The notes below the pieces were generated by a model, which saw nothing but the letters and a program-made list of their open reading frames with translations, made no database searches and was not told where the DNA came from. DNA of 64,000 nucleotides from Rhina ancylostomus. Taxonomy: Eukaryota. The translations under genes and the position numbers were made by a program. Every line of letters starts with the position of its first letter. The stretch's first letter is position 1. Positions 49,656 through 62,200 of the stretch are shown piece by piece. Location of the stretch: positions 19,340,768-19,404,767 of the forward strand of contig JARFYF010000017.1 of NCBI GenBank assembly GCA_030265395.1. The letters run 5' to 3'.

Positions 49656-49784
49656 GATTTAACAAATAAATAGATGAAGAATGTGGTTGAAGTCTATCGG
49701 TCTGTTTCTAGTAACAGTCAAAGAGGTAGCAGCACCCACTATGAGAGTACTAAGAAATAAAGAGAACTTTGGTGATTGAAAAAC

Positions 49785-49880
49785 ATAATCTAAATTGTAG
49801 ATGCTGGAAATCTGAAACAAACACACAATGCTGAAAATGCAGTAGGTCAGACAGCAATTGTGGAGGGGGAACCAAATTAA
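49785..49880 (-). mobile_element. Penelope pseudo-LTR fragment
   Basis: tgtagatgctggaaatctgaaacaaa..aatgctg..aggtcagacagca. Confidence 0.6.
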
Positions 49881-50276
49881 CCTGGGAGTAGTGTCAGTGA
49901 AGCAAACACAGTAAATTGTTGGTGTTTTTTATATAGTTATAATATACTACTATTATTAAAAAAACACATCTAATTCATGCCCCATCTGCAGTATTAAACT
50001 TTGCATCCAGTGCACAGGGGAATTGGGATTACAAACAATAATTTAATGAACAATTAACTGATCTCTTGGGATGATGCTTATGGTAAGTTAATGAAAATAT
50101 TTTCACTTGCAGCTTTCTGTTGGAACTACTGTGATAAGCTGTATTCCTCTCCATCCAATAATGCCTGCATTCTGCCATAGCATTCACATTAATTTGTGTT
50201 AATCAAACAGAAAGAAGACCAATGCCTAAACAGTGTAAGGAACTATTCATACAGGATAAAAGAAATCCTGCGTGAA

Positions 50277-51195
50277 TTAGATGGGGCAGAATTTGTTCGG
50301 TGTGTACAGGAAGGATTCCTGACACAGGATGTAGACAGACCAACTAGAGGAGAGGCCATAGTGGAAATGGTATTAGGCAATGAACCTGGTCAGGTGAAAG
50401 ACTTCTCAGTGGGCAAGCATTTCAGGGATAGTGACCACAACCCCGTGACCTTTAACAAAGCCATGGATGGGAATAGGAGCAGATCTTATGGGAAAGTATT
50501 TAATTGGGGGAGGGCAAATTATGATAGTATTAGGCAAGAACTTGGGAGTGTAAATTGGGAACAGATGTTCTTTGGTAAATGCACCGCAGAAATGTGGAGG
50601 TTGTTTGGGGACCAATTACATGGAGTTCTAGATAGGTTTGTCCCACTGAGACAAGGAAAGGACGGTAGGCTGAAGGAACCATGCTTAACAAGCGAGGCGG
50701 AAGGTTTAGTCAAGAGGAAGATGGAAGCTTATTTAAGGTTTAGGAAGCAAAAATCAACAAGGGCTCTTGAGAGTTAAGGTAGCCAGGAAGGACCTTAACA
50801 AGGGACTTAGGAGAGCTAGTGTGAAAGATAGATAGAAGGGACATGAGAAGGCCTTGGTATGTAGGGTTCAGGAAAACACTGAGGCATTCTACTTGTATAT
50901 GAGCAACAACAGGATGACTAGGGTGAGGGTAGGACAGCTCAGGGATAAGGGGGGGAAGTGTGTCTGGAGGCGAAGGAGTTGGGGGAGGTCCTGAATGAAT
51001 ATTTTGCTTCAGTGTTTACCAGGCAGAGGGACTTAGACGAATGTAAGGTTAGCATAGAACAGGCAAATGTGTTGGAACATGTTGAGGTTAAAAAAGTAGT
51101 GTTGGAACTACTAAAAATCATTAGGATAGATAAGTCCCCAGGTTACTATGGGAAGCAAGGGAAAGACTGCTGGAGCATTAACAATGATCTCTGAG
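50277..51195 (+). mobile_element. CR1 ORF2 fragment (endonuclease C-terminus and linker)
   Basis: FVRCVQEGFLTQDVDRPTRGEAIVEMVLGNEPGQV..DSDHN, GEVLNEYFASVFT and DKSPG. Confidence 0.9.
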
Positions 51196-51369
51196 TGTGC
51201 AGGTCAATCCTGAAGAGTTATGCTCATCAGGCATTATGGCACAGCATTTGAAACAAGCATTAATTAGCACTGAAGCAATTATAGAGTACCAATCAATTAA
51301 GAAAACAGAATGTTATATTAGTAAGTCAATACAAAATAAGTCAGAGGATAAATACAGTTTTCTAGTAGG

Positions 51370-52290
51370 AGAATCAAAATAAAGAGCATAACTAGGCCAT
51401 TCATCTCCTAAAATCATTCCGCTATTTAGCTCTTGACCAATCTGTACCTCAACTCTGTTTATCATTTTTGTTTCATATTGCCTGATGTCGTAACCTGACA
51501 AGAACTGGTCCATTGCAGTCTTGAACATTTCTATTGACCCAGTGTCTGTAGTCTTTTGGGGAGTCACTGTGTGAAAAGTTGCTTTCTGGTTTCCACTTAA
51601 ATGGCTCTAATTTTTAAGATGATGTCTTTATATTTTGGATTCTCCACTAGAGGAAATGCCTTCTCTGTGCCAATCCTATCAAATAGCTTTTTCATTCTAA
51701 TGGCCTTTTAAATTCAAGGGAATTCAAGTCAGTTTATACAACCTATCCTATCATTTTAACTCATGTTCTATTGTTATTCTGATGAATCTGCATTGTAACC
51801 CTTTCAAGGTAAATATATCATTCCTAAGGTTTGAAGTTCAAAACTAGACAAAGTTCTCATATGGGATGTGACCAGATGAACATCATTTTTGAATCTGAAT
51901 TCTCTTCAGATTAAGGACAACATTCCTTTAGCCCTAATGCTTAATTTTTTTGTAACAATGGCATACCCTTTTGTCCCCTCTAAATCTTTTTGCTTCTTCA
52001 CAGTCCCTAGTCATTCACCATTAAGAATAAGTTTCAGTTTATCAAAAATGGATGAACTTAAGCTTTCCCACTCTAAAATCCATTTGTCATTGCTTTACCA
52101 TCACACTTAGTTTCTCAATAGCCCTTTACAACTTCTCCCCATGGAATCCAGAATGCCCCTGAACTTAGTGTCACCACCAAACTTGGATTTAAGATTAGAA
52201 TCATTCTGCTCTCATTATTGTAAATTATAAAAAACCAAGGCCCCAATTGAGATCCTTTAGGAACAATACATGTCACATTGGCCACCTGGA
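51370..52290 (-). mobile_element. Old CR1 RT-to-3' fragment
   Basis: Minus strand VPKGSQLGPWFFIIY (RT GVPQGSVLGP) and a reverse 3' UTR near 51390. Confidence 0.7.
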
Positions 52291-55200
52291 TGACCAAATG
52301 ATAGGTATGAAATCCATATTCTATAGCAAAAGCTCTTCCAGATTCTTACTTGTTTCACCATCAAGGCCAACATATCCTCCATTCAGTTCATCCAGGGTTG
52401 AGGAAATTGTTTTTATTCCAATGGCAGTAACATCATAAAGAAATGAATAAGTTTTCATTCTCATCAGAAGTACCAGATGAAGAAATCTCAGATATACTTA
52501 CCACCTTACTGAACAGGTTAAAATATTCAGCAAGACTCAATGCACATGGAGACGTCCTTAGAGAATTTTCACCACATATTTGTGTTTGAAGGAATATGAA
52601 TCTTAACAGCGTTCAAGAGCTTCTCTTGTCCATGAGTAACTTTGAAAGAGTAATCACTTTTTTTTGTTGGAAAATATGGCAGCCAACATGTATGTTTATG
52701 ATTCCACAAAGGAGTTACTTAACCAATTAATCTGTTTTGGTGCTGCTCATTGAGAGATAAAACTGTGCCAACACTCAGCCACTTTTCATTCACAGCATTT
52801 ACACAGCATGTAAACAACTGAAAATATAACCTCTAAGTGATGAATGTAGGAAGTACTTGGTATTTCACCTAAACTGATTTATCACCATCTTGATAAGCAA
52901 GCAAAGTCCAGGGACCAATATTCAGTTCCCTCCATTTTCAAAAAGCTTTCAACATTAGAAAGCTCCTTTGCTTATCGGAAGTTCTGTGTCATTGCTGTCA
53001 CTTTAAATGCAGGCCCTAGCAATATGTTGATTGTATTAAACTGACTGCTGTCAGTTGAGTGCTCTGATTATTGAGACTCTTAAAGGGATGGATAAGTTCC
53101 TGGCTGTAAACTGAGCACAGGATTTATAGTATTGTATGTGCCAGTTGTTGATTTTGAAGCTGCCTGGCAAATGATCTATATCCCAAGTCGTAAGTTACAC
53201 TTAAACAGAAAGAAAGCCATCAAATGATTCAATTTTAGAAAAACTGATGTGGTTTGAACCTGAGATACTTAATCATTTAATCATGGAAAATAAAAGAGAA
53301 AGGAAAATATAAAGCACGGTTTAATCAAAACTTTTTTTAACTACACTTGAGCACAAATAATGACTCGAGTCACATGATTTGCTGTTCATTTTAAGGCCTT
53401 GGAAGACATCTTGCGTCAAGGAAAGTGACTTCTAAAAATAAACCCTTCGAGAAAATAGAAATGAGAAATTCCACTTCTTCAATGAGAAGCCCTTATGGGA
53501 ATTAATCTATTCATTAGTTCTGTCCTTTCGAAATGCATGTTCCCTCCAGTTCCTACAGAAAACTCAGCAAATGTGTTATCTGTGATTTGGCAAACTGGAT
53601 GTAGGATGATGTTTGACTCCACCTATTCATTTATTTCAATGTAATGCTGAGCTAATGTCATCGCCATATATTCTCTGGAAAGTCAGCGGTGCAGCAATAA
53701 ACAAATAAAAAAATTTCAAAGCCTTTGCACCTCCACAGCAGATTATCTGTAATCTCCAAGGGAATTGGAATTCAGAAAATGCAGTGGAGAACACAACAGT
53801 GACACCCTTCTTACTCTTACCTAAAAACAGTACAAACTTTTAATAGTGGAAATGTAGCAGCCTGAATCTGCCATCATTCTTGTATAAATCACATTGATTA
53901 AAACATACTTTTAATGGAACATTTTAGACAATGAAGCATTAGTTCCTCAAATTCCATGAGACTATACATTTCTAAAACACAACAGGATCTGTTATCTTAT
54001 CTTACTGCATTTTAAGGTCAATGTCAATAGATGGTAAGAGGAAGTTACTGAGGGTCAGGGATTATGATTGAAAACAGTCCTTGATGGGTCTCCGTAGGTT
54101 GATCAGCAGTCAGTATCTGCACAACTAATAAAATCCCAGACCTATCTCTTCAGAATCAGAGCAGGAAAATGTCATTTTTGAGCTGACAGTAACACGATAA
54201 GAAAGGTCCTCTCGAAAAAAATAAATTTCATATTTAACCCCATGAGCACAGTCTGGATATTGCGAAGGTTTCATTTAGCACATTGTAGACAGCTTCATAA
54301 TGCAATTTCTAGAATAATTCTAAAGGAAATGGCTGGGTTTAGCATGCATTGGCTTGGTGTAAAAGTGCTTTTGTTAGTCATAAAAAATTACACTATACTG
54401 CTTTAGTGCAAGATAATGTTTATGTCTATTAAATGCTTGCATAAATGTATTAATCCTTCCAGAAATTAGGAGAAAAGCTAACTGATCTGTTGTTTTCATG
54501 TTTCCTCTGAAACTTACAGTGCTTGACAACATTCTTCTTATTGAAAGATTTCCTGTGTGTGTTGTGGGGTTACATATAGCCCACCAAGTAACTCTCACCT
54601 TTACATTCTCTGATACTCAGGGCAGAATCATCAAAATATCATCCCTGAATTGGGAAATTTGGGAATGAACTGTGGAAATGCGCAGAGAGTTGGCAGGTCT
54701 GAAGTGAACAAAATGCAAAACTGTGCATTCGTACCTAAAAGTGTAATTTTAATTGTCAGGCATGACACATTGTTCTAAAGACTTGTGACACTTTGGGTAT
54801 GCCATTCTTAAATTATTCGTTTGATACTTGTCACATGTAAGAATGGTGCTGATAATGATGGTACATTTAGTGTGCTTTATGTCATCTGTAGCTACATCCT
54901 ACATACATATTCATCCACAGTATGAAATGTATTAGCATTCCGCCAGAAGGCTTAGTTTAGAAATAAACATAACTGGAATTGTTCATTGAACGCCAGATTC
55001 ATTGCATTTCCATTGGTTCTCTCTTCCAATTCCACATATTAATAATGTCTGGAAGCTCATCTGGTAAAGGCACATGACTTTGAATAACACCCAGCCACAG
55101 GACTTGACAAGCATACAATTTCCTGAGCTGCAGATTTCTCACACTTCTTTGCAATCAAGTTATTTCTTTAGACTGAGTTTGGTCCTTTTTTTTCCCCGAA

Positions 55201-56949
55201 GCAGGTAGTGCAAACAAGATACTACACAAGTACAAACACCTCAAAAAGGAGAATGCTGCAGTTATGAAAAATAATGCATAATTATCATTGGTATAAGAGC
55301 CATTTAATATAGGGCCTAGTCATTGGAAAAAAAAACAGGTTCCATTCCACAACACAAGTAAAATTAAACCCTTACTCTTAATGCTTGGAGAAAGTTTCAC
55401 AGGAAAAATTTCATATCATTGCTCCTAAACAAATCTCATTATTGAATAAAATTCTATTAGTCATTCAAGAAGTACTCAGAAAGCAACACAAGGTGCACAT
55501 TTTAAACAAAATGAGGTGCAGCAGATAACTTTACTGGGGTCCGCCTTAGAGTTAATCAAATCGCTCTTCTTGTAATATTTATGAATCACTGTTTTCTTTA
55601 CCTTCCTTCCCCTTCAACCTCTATGCTGCTATTTCTTCCAGTATATGCTTCTTTCCCTTCTGACTCTGCATTAATGATTTTGTTTCTTAAGGATCACCGC
55701 CTCTCTCTTTCCCTTTCTCCCTCTGTCTCACTTTCCTTCCTCTGTTCTTTCCCTCACTCTACCTGTGTGTTTGCATGCACCCACGACCACCTTCATTATA
55801 CACACACCACCCAAGCCACATACAGTTTTCATTGCCCCTGCTGACAAGACATGAAGATTAAAACAAATTTAACAACCCCACTTTTATTGCCCTATGTGCC
55901 AGGGGAGGGTCTGGAAAAATGGGCACCTGCAGCAAATCCTTTCCCTGTCCCCATCTTTCCTAAAGATTGGGCCAAAAGTTTTTGATGGGTTTGAAATCTA
56001 AAATTTCTGTGAGAGGGAATATGTTTGTTAACTTCTATGATGCTGAATCTTTCTTACGTAAACACTTAGGGATAAAATTTCAGGCTCAGGGACTAAAATT
56101 CAGGTGAACTTGAAATTAAATGATTAATTATTGAAATGAATGTGAGAACATTTGCAGGATGCCAACTGTGAAGCATTTAGTTGTCAATAGACTGTTCCAA
56201 GAGAATAAGGATATATGCCATCCTCTAAATTACAATGGATTAAGCTTATGCTTTCAATTTATCAAACTGTAAAGGGGACATGTGCACATCCAGGTCTGGA
56301 TTTCTATGGATTGAATATTATCTGCTGTATTGTAGGGATGAAGATGAGAAAAAATGATCAATAGGTATAAAGGTATCTCTTTCCTTTAAGAAATTGGATT
56401 CATGCTCAGTTACAAAATCTACCCACCACTGTACAGTTCCCACAACCACAAGGTAAGATTCTTTTGTTCTTAAACATGTAACAAAATAGTTCACTACAAT
56501 TTTCTGTTGAGAATTGTCAATAGTTTGAAATGTTGTGCAAGGCAAAATAAAAATCATGTTGCATATACACATTTTACTTCTGGATAAACAAGCTGCTATT
56601 TTTCAAACAGAACCTGACTAAACCCAAATTGCACTATTAGTGTAAATCTGACATCCCCACAACTCACAGCAGCTTTTTAGATTCTAAGTTCAGCTCTACA
56701 CTCAGTCCAAGTATGTAGGAACTTTGGAATGAATGAGACTTATGTCTCTGAATTTGATCTCAACCAATCCAAATCTATTAATTGGACTGGATCAATATCC
56801 TTTGATAGAATAACATAATAAAAATCTAATGAGCTCAGTGATGAAAACTTCACTCTCTTGTTGATGAAGGAATTCCAGAATCCTCCTGCCTTCATGTGGA
56901 AAAGATGTTTCCTGGTTTCAAAACTAATTGGCAGAGTTGTATATTTCTC

Positions 56950-57665
56950 CAAACAAATGAATGCTGGAGAAAGTTAATGGGTTGCACAGTATCTGTCAGG
57001 GGAAATTGTCAACATTTTGTGTTAAGAACCTGCTTCAGGACTGAGTCTGGAGAGGTATAAGGAGGAGAGGGGGAGGGGTGAGACAGGGACCAGTAGGTAA
57101 TTGGTGGACTGAGGAGTAAAGGATGATGGGCAGATGGAGCTATGTCAAAGAGGGGCAGGAGTGGAACTGGGAGGCAGATTTGCCCTCTCCTTCCAATCCA
57201 CCTCTGGTCCTCCCCTTTTTATCCCCTATCCCCTACCCCCGCTCACCTCCCGGCCACCATCATCTGTTTTCAGCCCCCCCCCCACCGAGTCCATCCACCT
57301 ACCACCCACATTTCATCCGCTGAATCTCTTCTCCATCTGGTTCTATCTGCCTATGTCTCCTCTAAAAGTTCCTATTATCACCTTCCTCACAGATTCCAGC
57401 ACTGGTAGCCTTTATGTTCCTGCTTTTCACCCTCCAGCAGCTGTCTCCACCTTCACCTCCCCACACCTAGTCTACCAATCACCTACTGGCCCTTGTCTCA
57501 TCCTTCCCCTTTTCTTTAAACTGGTTATTCTCCCTCTCCACACTCAGTCCTGACACTGACAATTCCTTGACCACACCCCCAACAGATGCTGCTCAACCCA
57601 CTAAGTTCCTCCAGCAGATTGTTTATTGCTCCAGATTCCAGCATCTGAAGCCTCTTGAGTCTCCT
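56950..57665. mobile_element. Penelope-like element: inverted pseudo-LTR pair
   Basis: The purine-rich arm 56950-57180 is the reverse complement of the pyrimidine-rich arm (e.g. tgagacagggaccagtaggtaattggt and accaatcacctactggcccttgtctca; caggactgagt and actcagtcctg), with an abrupt strand-asymmetry switch at about 57180. Confidence 0.8.
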
Positions 57666-57999
57666 GTGTAAGTTAGAATTTTGAATGACGACGTTTGGGG
57701 GTGGAAGATAAGAGGCTGGCCAGAAGACTGTTGGAAGAATCAACCCAAGCCTAAACTGACTCCTGGTGTGCCTGTGGTGTGGGGGATATGTGGGCAGTGG
57801 CATCACAGAGCTGTGGAGATGAGCCTGTGAACCTTACAAGGCAGGGTACTCATAGGCTGTTGAAACAGCAACTAGACGATTCATGTCCCATTTCAAGACT
57901 CCAACAACTTTCAGCACAATATGGGCTTGCCTGTCACACCCCTGTACTAAATTCAATAATAAAAGCCAGGTTTATGCAACTTATCATCATTGTTTAAGC

Positions 58000-58200
58000 C
58001 TTAAAGCTGTGAAATTGGTGAAATAAACCTGTGCTTAATCACCTCCTCAGTCAACATATCCTTCCTTAGATGATCCACAGAAAACTGAATGTCGCAGTGG
58101 ACAAGACTGGGCTCTATACAAATGAAACAGCACTTTCCCACTTTAGTGTTACAAGCCCTGGAGATAACTATTATTCCATTAGCCATTAGTTGACATGAAT
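58000..58200 (-). mobile_element. CR1 fragment
   Basis: Minus ANGIIVISR..NTKVGK..I.PSL..C.QFS..HLRKD resembles the CR1 C-terminus. Confidence 0.55.
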
Positions 58201-58572
58201 CTTATCTGCATCAAGGGTCCTGAACAGACTCAGGTCTAACCTTACATAAATAAGGCAGTGCAATTAAAGGGACAAGCAAATGATGTCCCAGGAGCAGAAG
58301 TTGCTCAGATTGAGACCTCTTGCACTTATAATAAGATGCTCCAATGAACATTACAATATGTGCAAACCTTACCAAGTGTTGGCACCAAGGCTTGGCTAGT
58401 CCCAAACAAATGAGGTGCCCTTTTACTGACCCTATAGATCACAGCAGTGGCAAAAACTAGTGTAAACCAGCAGGTACAAATTTTGGGGTCAGTCTGTTCT
58501 GTGAAACAATCATCTTTTGACAAATATAATCTTTATCATATCTGAGCTGTTTTCTGTTAGCCATATACAGCA

Positions 58573-58709
58573 GGCTGTGATGTCTTTTGGGAACTGAACA
58601 CACTATGGATTCAATTTTGCAGCAGTTAACATACCTCCATTTTTTGGCTGTGGTGCCTTTTGGGAATTTAAATCATTCAATGGATTCAATTTATGCAGCA
58701 GTTAACATA
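58573..58709. repeat. Diverged tandem duplication, unit about 73 bp
   Basis: ggctgtg.tg.cttttgggaa...atggattcaattt.gcagcagttaacata occurs at 58573 and 58646. Confidence 0.85.
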
Positions 58710-60809
58710 GCTGACTTTTTTCTAACAAGTATCCTTAGCCATGGTTGAGTTCGAATTCAAACAAAGGGAGCCTCATGTAAATATGATTGAGGTAATTGTA
58801 CAAAATGTACATATAGGTTTCTGAAGCTGAGGTCGGCAGGAATATGTCAAAGACATTATGCCAGATAAGCAAAGTGTTTAGATTCATCCCCCAAAGCTCT
58901 TATCAGCCCAAGTCATACTTCAGTGCTGCAAGTATGATTTAGATTCTCCTCTTGATATTCAAAGTCAGGCATTTAGTAGAGTCATAGCAGACTGTGCTTT
59001 GATGCAGTTGGAATAAAACACCTTTGTGAAGCCTGTAAAGAAGACCTTTTCATATATTAAACAATTGTTCAGCATCCTGCACAGTGTGTTACTATTAACA
59101 ACATCCAGTCAGACCTCTCTCTTCTTCTGCTGTAGCTTACTGCTGTGGCTTGTTCTTCTTAAGCACCAAGGCAAATAGAAAAAAAAGAGTTTACTCAGTT
59201 TTAAGATTATTTGAACCCACTTGATTCCCAGCTCTGATCAATAATGATGCCCTTTTTAAGTTTGCAGTAATATGAGAAGCTGACAGACTCTTCAAAGCAG
59301 CTTGGAGATAATTGGTGCACTCAGTAGCAAGCCTCTGGTGACCTCCTGCAGCCAGTTGTGTCTCTGAGGCCAGACTGGTGGACATTCTCCCTGCTGACAA
59401 CAATGTATTCTTTGCATCAAATCAGCAAAAGTGGGGAGTGGACAATACTTTCAAGCACAATTTGTACATAAGAACAATTTGTACATTGAGTGTTCCACAC
59501 AACACATTAGCTTAGCTAACATCTCTGATAGTTGGCTGTTAGAATGTTAAGAGCTCTTTCATCAGGTCAGTTGTTCTTTAAATAATCTGACAGCAAATAA
59601 TCTGACAGTAACAGTGAATCATGTAGAAACATTTTTGTCTATCCTTTATCCAGTCTGTCTCAGTAAACCTCAGAAATAAATGCAAAACATGCAATAAGAA
59701 TTTGACAATAATAAGAACAGCAAATGGAATTGAGAGCTCAAGAATTTTTTTTGCATTTTCGTGCCAGTTATTCTAACTAGTAAATGTATTTTGGAGATTT
59801 CAGAACTATTTGTTTCCATGACTAAAATAAAAATAATTTCTATATCTTTCCCAGTAATGAAATTGACAAAATATAAGGAGGCAGCTTGTAAACCTTCAAT
59901 AGGTTTAAATGCCAAAACTTCTAATGATATCTCCTATAATAATTATTTCCTTGACTTTAACAAATATTTAACTGCCTTTGTTGAAATCCATCATTTAATT
60001 CTAGATGTATTTCACTAACAGATTTGGCACTGTTTTTGTTATTTAAAACAACTTAAATGAAACAGTTAACTCATTTAAAAAATAAGTTGTCACTCAGCAA
60101 ATGGGTTCCACACCGACCTGCTAATTGGAGCTCAAATAATTTTTGTGTTTTACCTCAAGATTTACTGGCAAGTTTCCTAGTTTCTGAACACAATTTCAAT
60201 TGTATCCACTTCATTTGAAATGTCAAATATAGTATCTGGCAAGTTTTACATCTCCATGCATTTATAGAGCTGTTTAATGCTATTATTCTGTGAAGCCTAA
60301 GCAACAGAATGCAGTGGAAATGCAAAAGATCAAAATAACACCTTTGAGGAGAATCACATTACTGAACCTTCAACCTTCTGTTATTAAGCCACACAGTATA
60401 AGTAGCACACTATTGTTATTGATTTTCCTTCTTACACCATGGCTGTTCTTTCCTTAACACCCATAGCAGCCATCACTCGTCTACAGTAAAGGATGTTCCA
60501 TTTCATAACGGGTCTTCAGGAGCAAGCACAACTCTAGGTTATAAACTGGCATGAGACCAAAACAATACTGTGCTTTAGACCAGTACTGGTGCAGGAATGC
60601 CTTGCTTTTACTTCAGCTCCCCATCAGGTGGCCTATCTTACACTGGCATTTTTTGCACCTCATGTTCCATTTAAAATCATTTCTATGGAAGTTCTGGAAT
60701 ATGTTGCCTCTACTTGCAGGAATTCTGTAGGGAAATGTTTCAGAAATTTAATACTTCTAAACAAGCTCTTCTGTGTTCCTCTAATTCAACTTACTTGCCC
60801 GTCCTGATA

Positions 60810-61040
60810 TTTATATTCCCACCATTCACAACTGTGACTTCATGTTTCAAGGTCCATACCTCAGGAATTCCCTTTTTAACCTCTCCACCCCTCCATCTCT
60901 CTTCTTTTATGATGCTACATAAACTAATTCTAAGTTTTGGCTTTAAATGAGTTGATATCAGATTTCTTCTGATAACTCTCCTGTTTTAGGACATTTTCCT
61001 ATATTAAAAAGGAACTATACAGAAGTGACTTGTTGCTGTT
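60810..61040 (+). mobile_element. L2-like LINE 3' end
   Basis: ggaattccctttttaacctctccaccc..ctctcttcttttatgatgct, and tail ggacattttcctatattaaaaagg..ctatac..ttgttgctgttg. Confidence 0.5.
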
Positions 61041-61889
61041 GAAAAGATCTGGGGTGAAGATTATTCTGTTATTGACTTGGCTAACAGCCTTGTTGTGAAC
61101 CAAATTTTGTAACTTGGATTGAACTTGTGTCCAAAGGTAAGTAACAAGTTTGTGTGAGCTTCTGTTTCAACATTGCAAATTGTTGACCAAAGTTTCTGTG
61201 ACAAACCTTGTGTGGAAGCTGCGAACAGACAACTAAATTCCATTTCTTAATTTGGGGAGCTAGTCATGAAGGTTGAGGATCAAGGCTTTCTGCCACCAGT
61301 AGATGTACCAACTGAAAATGGCAGGAGATGGGATGCCTGTCTGGGAAATGAGGGAACAGTTATGTGGCTGGAAGGATTTCCAGGAGAAGATCTATTCAAC
61401 AGGAAGGCATAAGATGCATGACAGAGAAAATAAATGAGTTTCTTTTAAAATCATGAAAGAGGTAGTTAATAGTGAGGTAACTGGAATCAACAATGAAACT
61501 TTGTCTGGATTGCACAATCCCAGCACTTAGTTTAAAAATTGTTTCAAAAATATATTATAGAATGATAAAATAGGAATACTTATGCAAACCTACATGGGAA
61601 AATAGAATCCTTTTATCCAAAACAATTGCTATGGGGCAGATTAACATGGGTGATGCAGTCTCCAAGTATAACGCTATCACCACATTAAATCCCCTATCTT
61701 GGTGCTCCACTGAGGAGACACTTTACCTGGTGTCTCTGCTTGAATCAAAAGCACATTTTCATACAGCAAACTCCCACAAGTAGCAACATAATAATTATCA
61801 AAATCATTTATATGACCTTAGTAAATATTACCCAGTCACAGGGAATAGATCAGTTGTATTGTGCCGTAGGGAATTGAAGAGGAGACATT

Positions 61890-62200
61890 GGCAAGATTCA
61901 TACCTACTACAAAGGAAGGAGGTTTTGGTTGTTGGAGGCCAAGCATCTCAGCCCCAGGATATCACTGAGGGTGTTCCTCAGGGCAATATCTGAACATAAG
62001 TCCCCCTCAATTGCTTCTTCAATTACCTTCCTTCCATCATAAAGTCAGAAGTGGAGATATTTGCATTAAACATGTTCAGTTATATTCCTGGCTGCTCAGA
62101 TATTGAAGCAGTTATCCCTGTCTGCAGCCAAACCTGGACAATATTCAGGCCTGAGCTACTGAACAGCCAAAAGCACTTATTCCACACAATTGCCAGACAA
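61890..62200 (+). mobile_element. LINE RT fragment (CR1/L2 group)
   Basis: GVPQGN and FNYLPSIIKSEVEIFA (RT domains 4-5). Confidence 0.7.
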
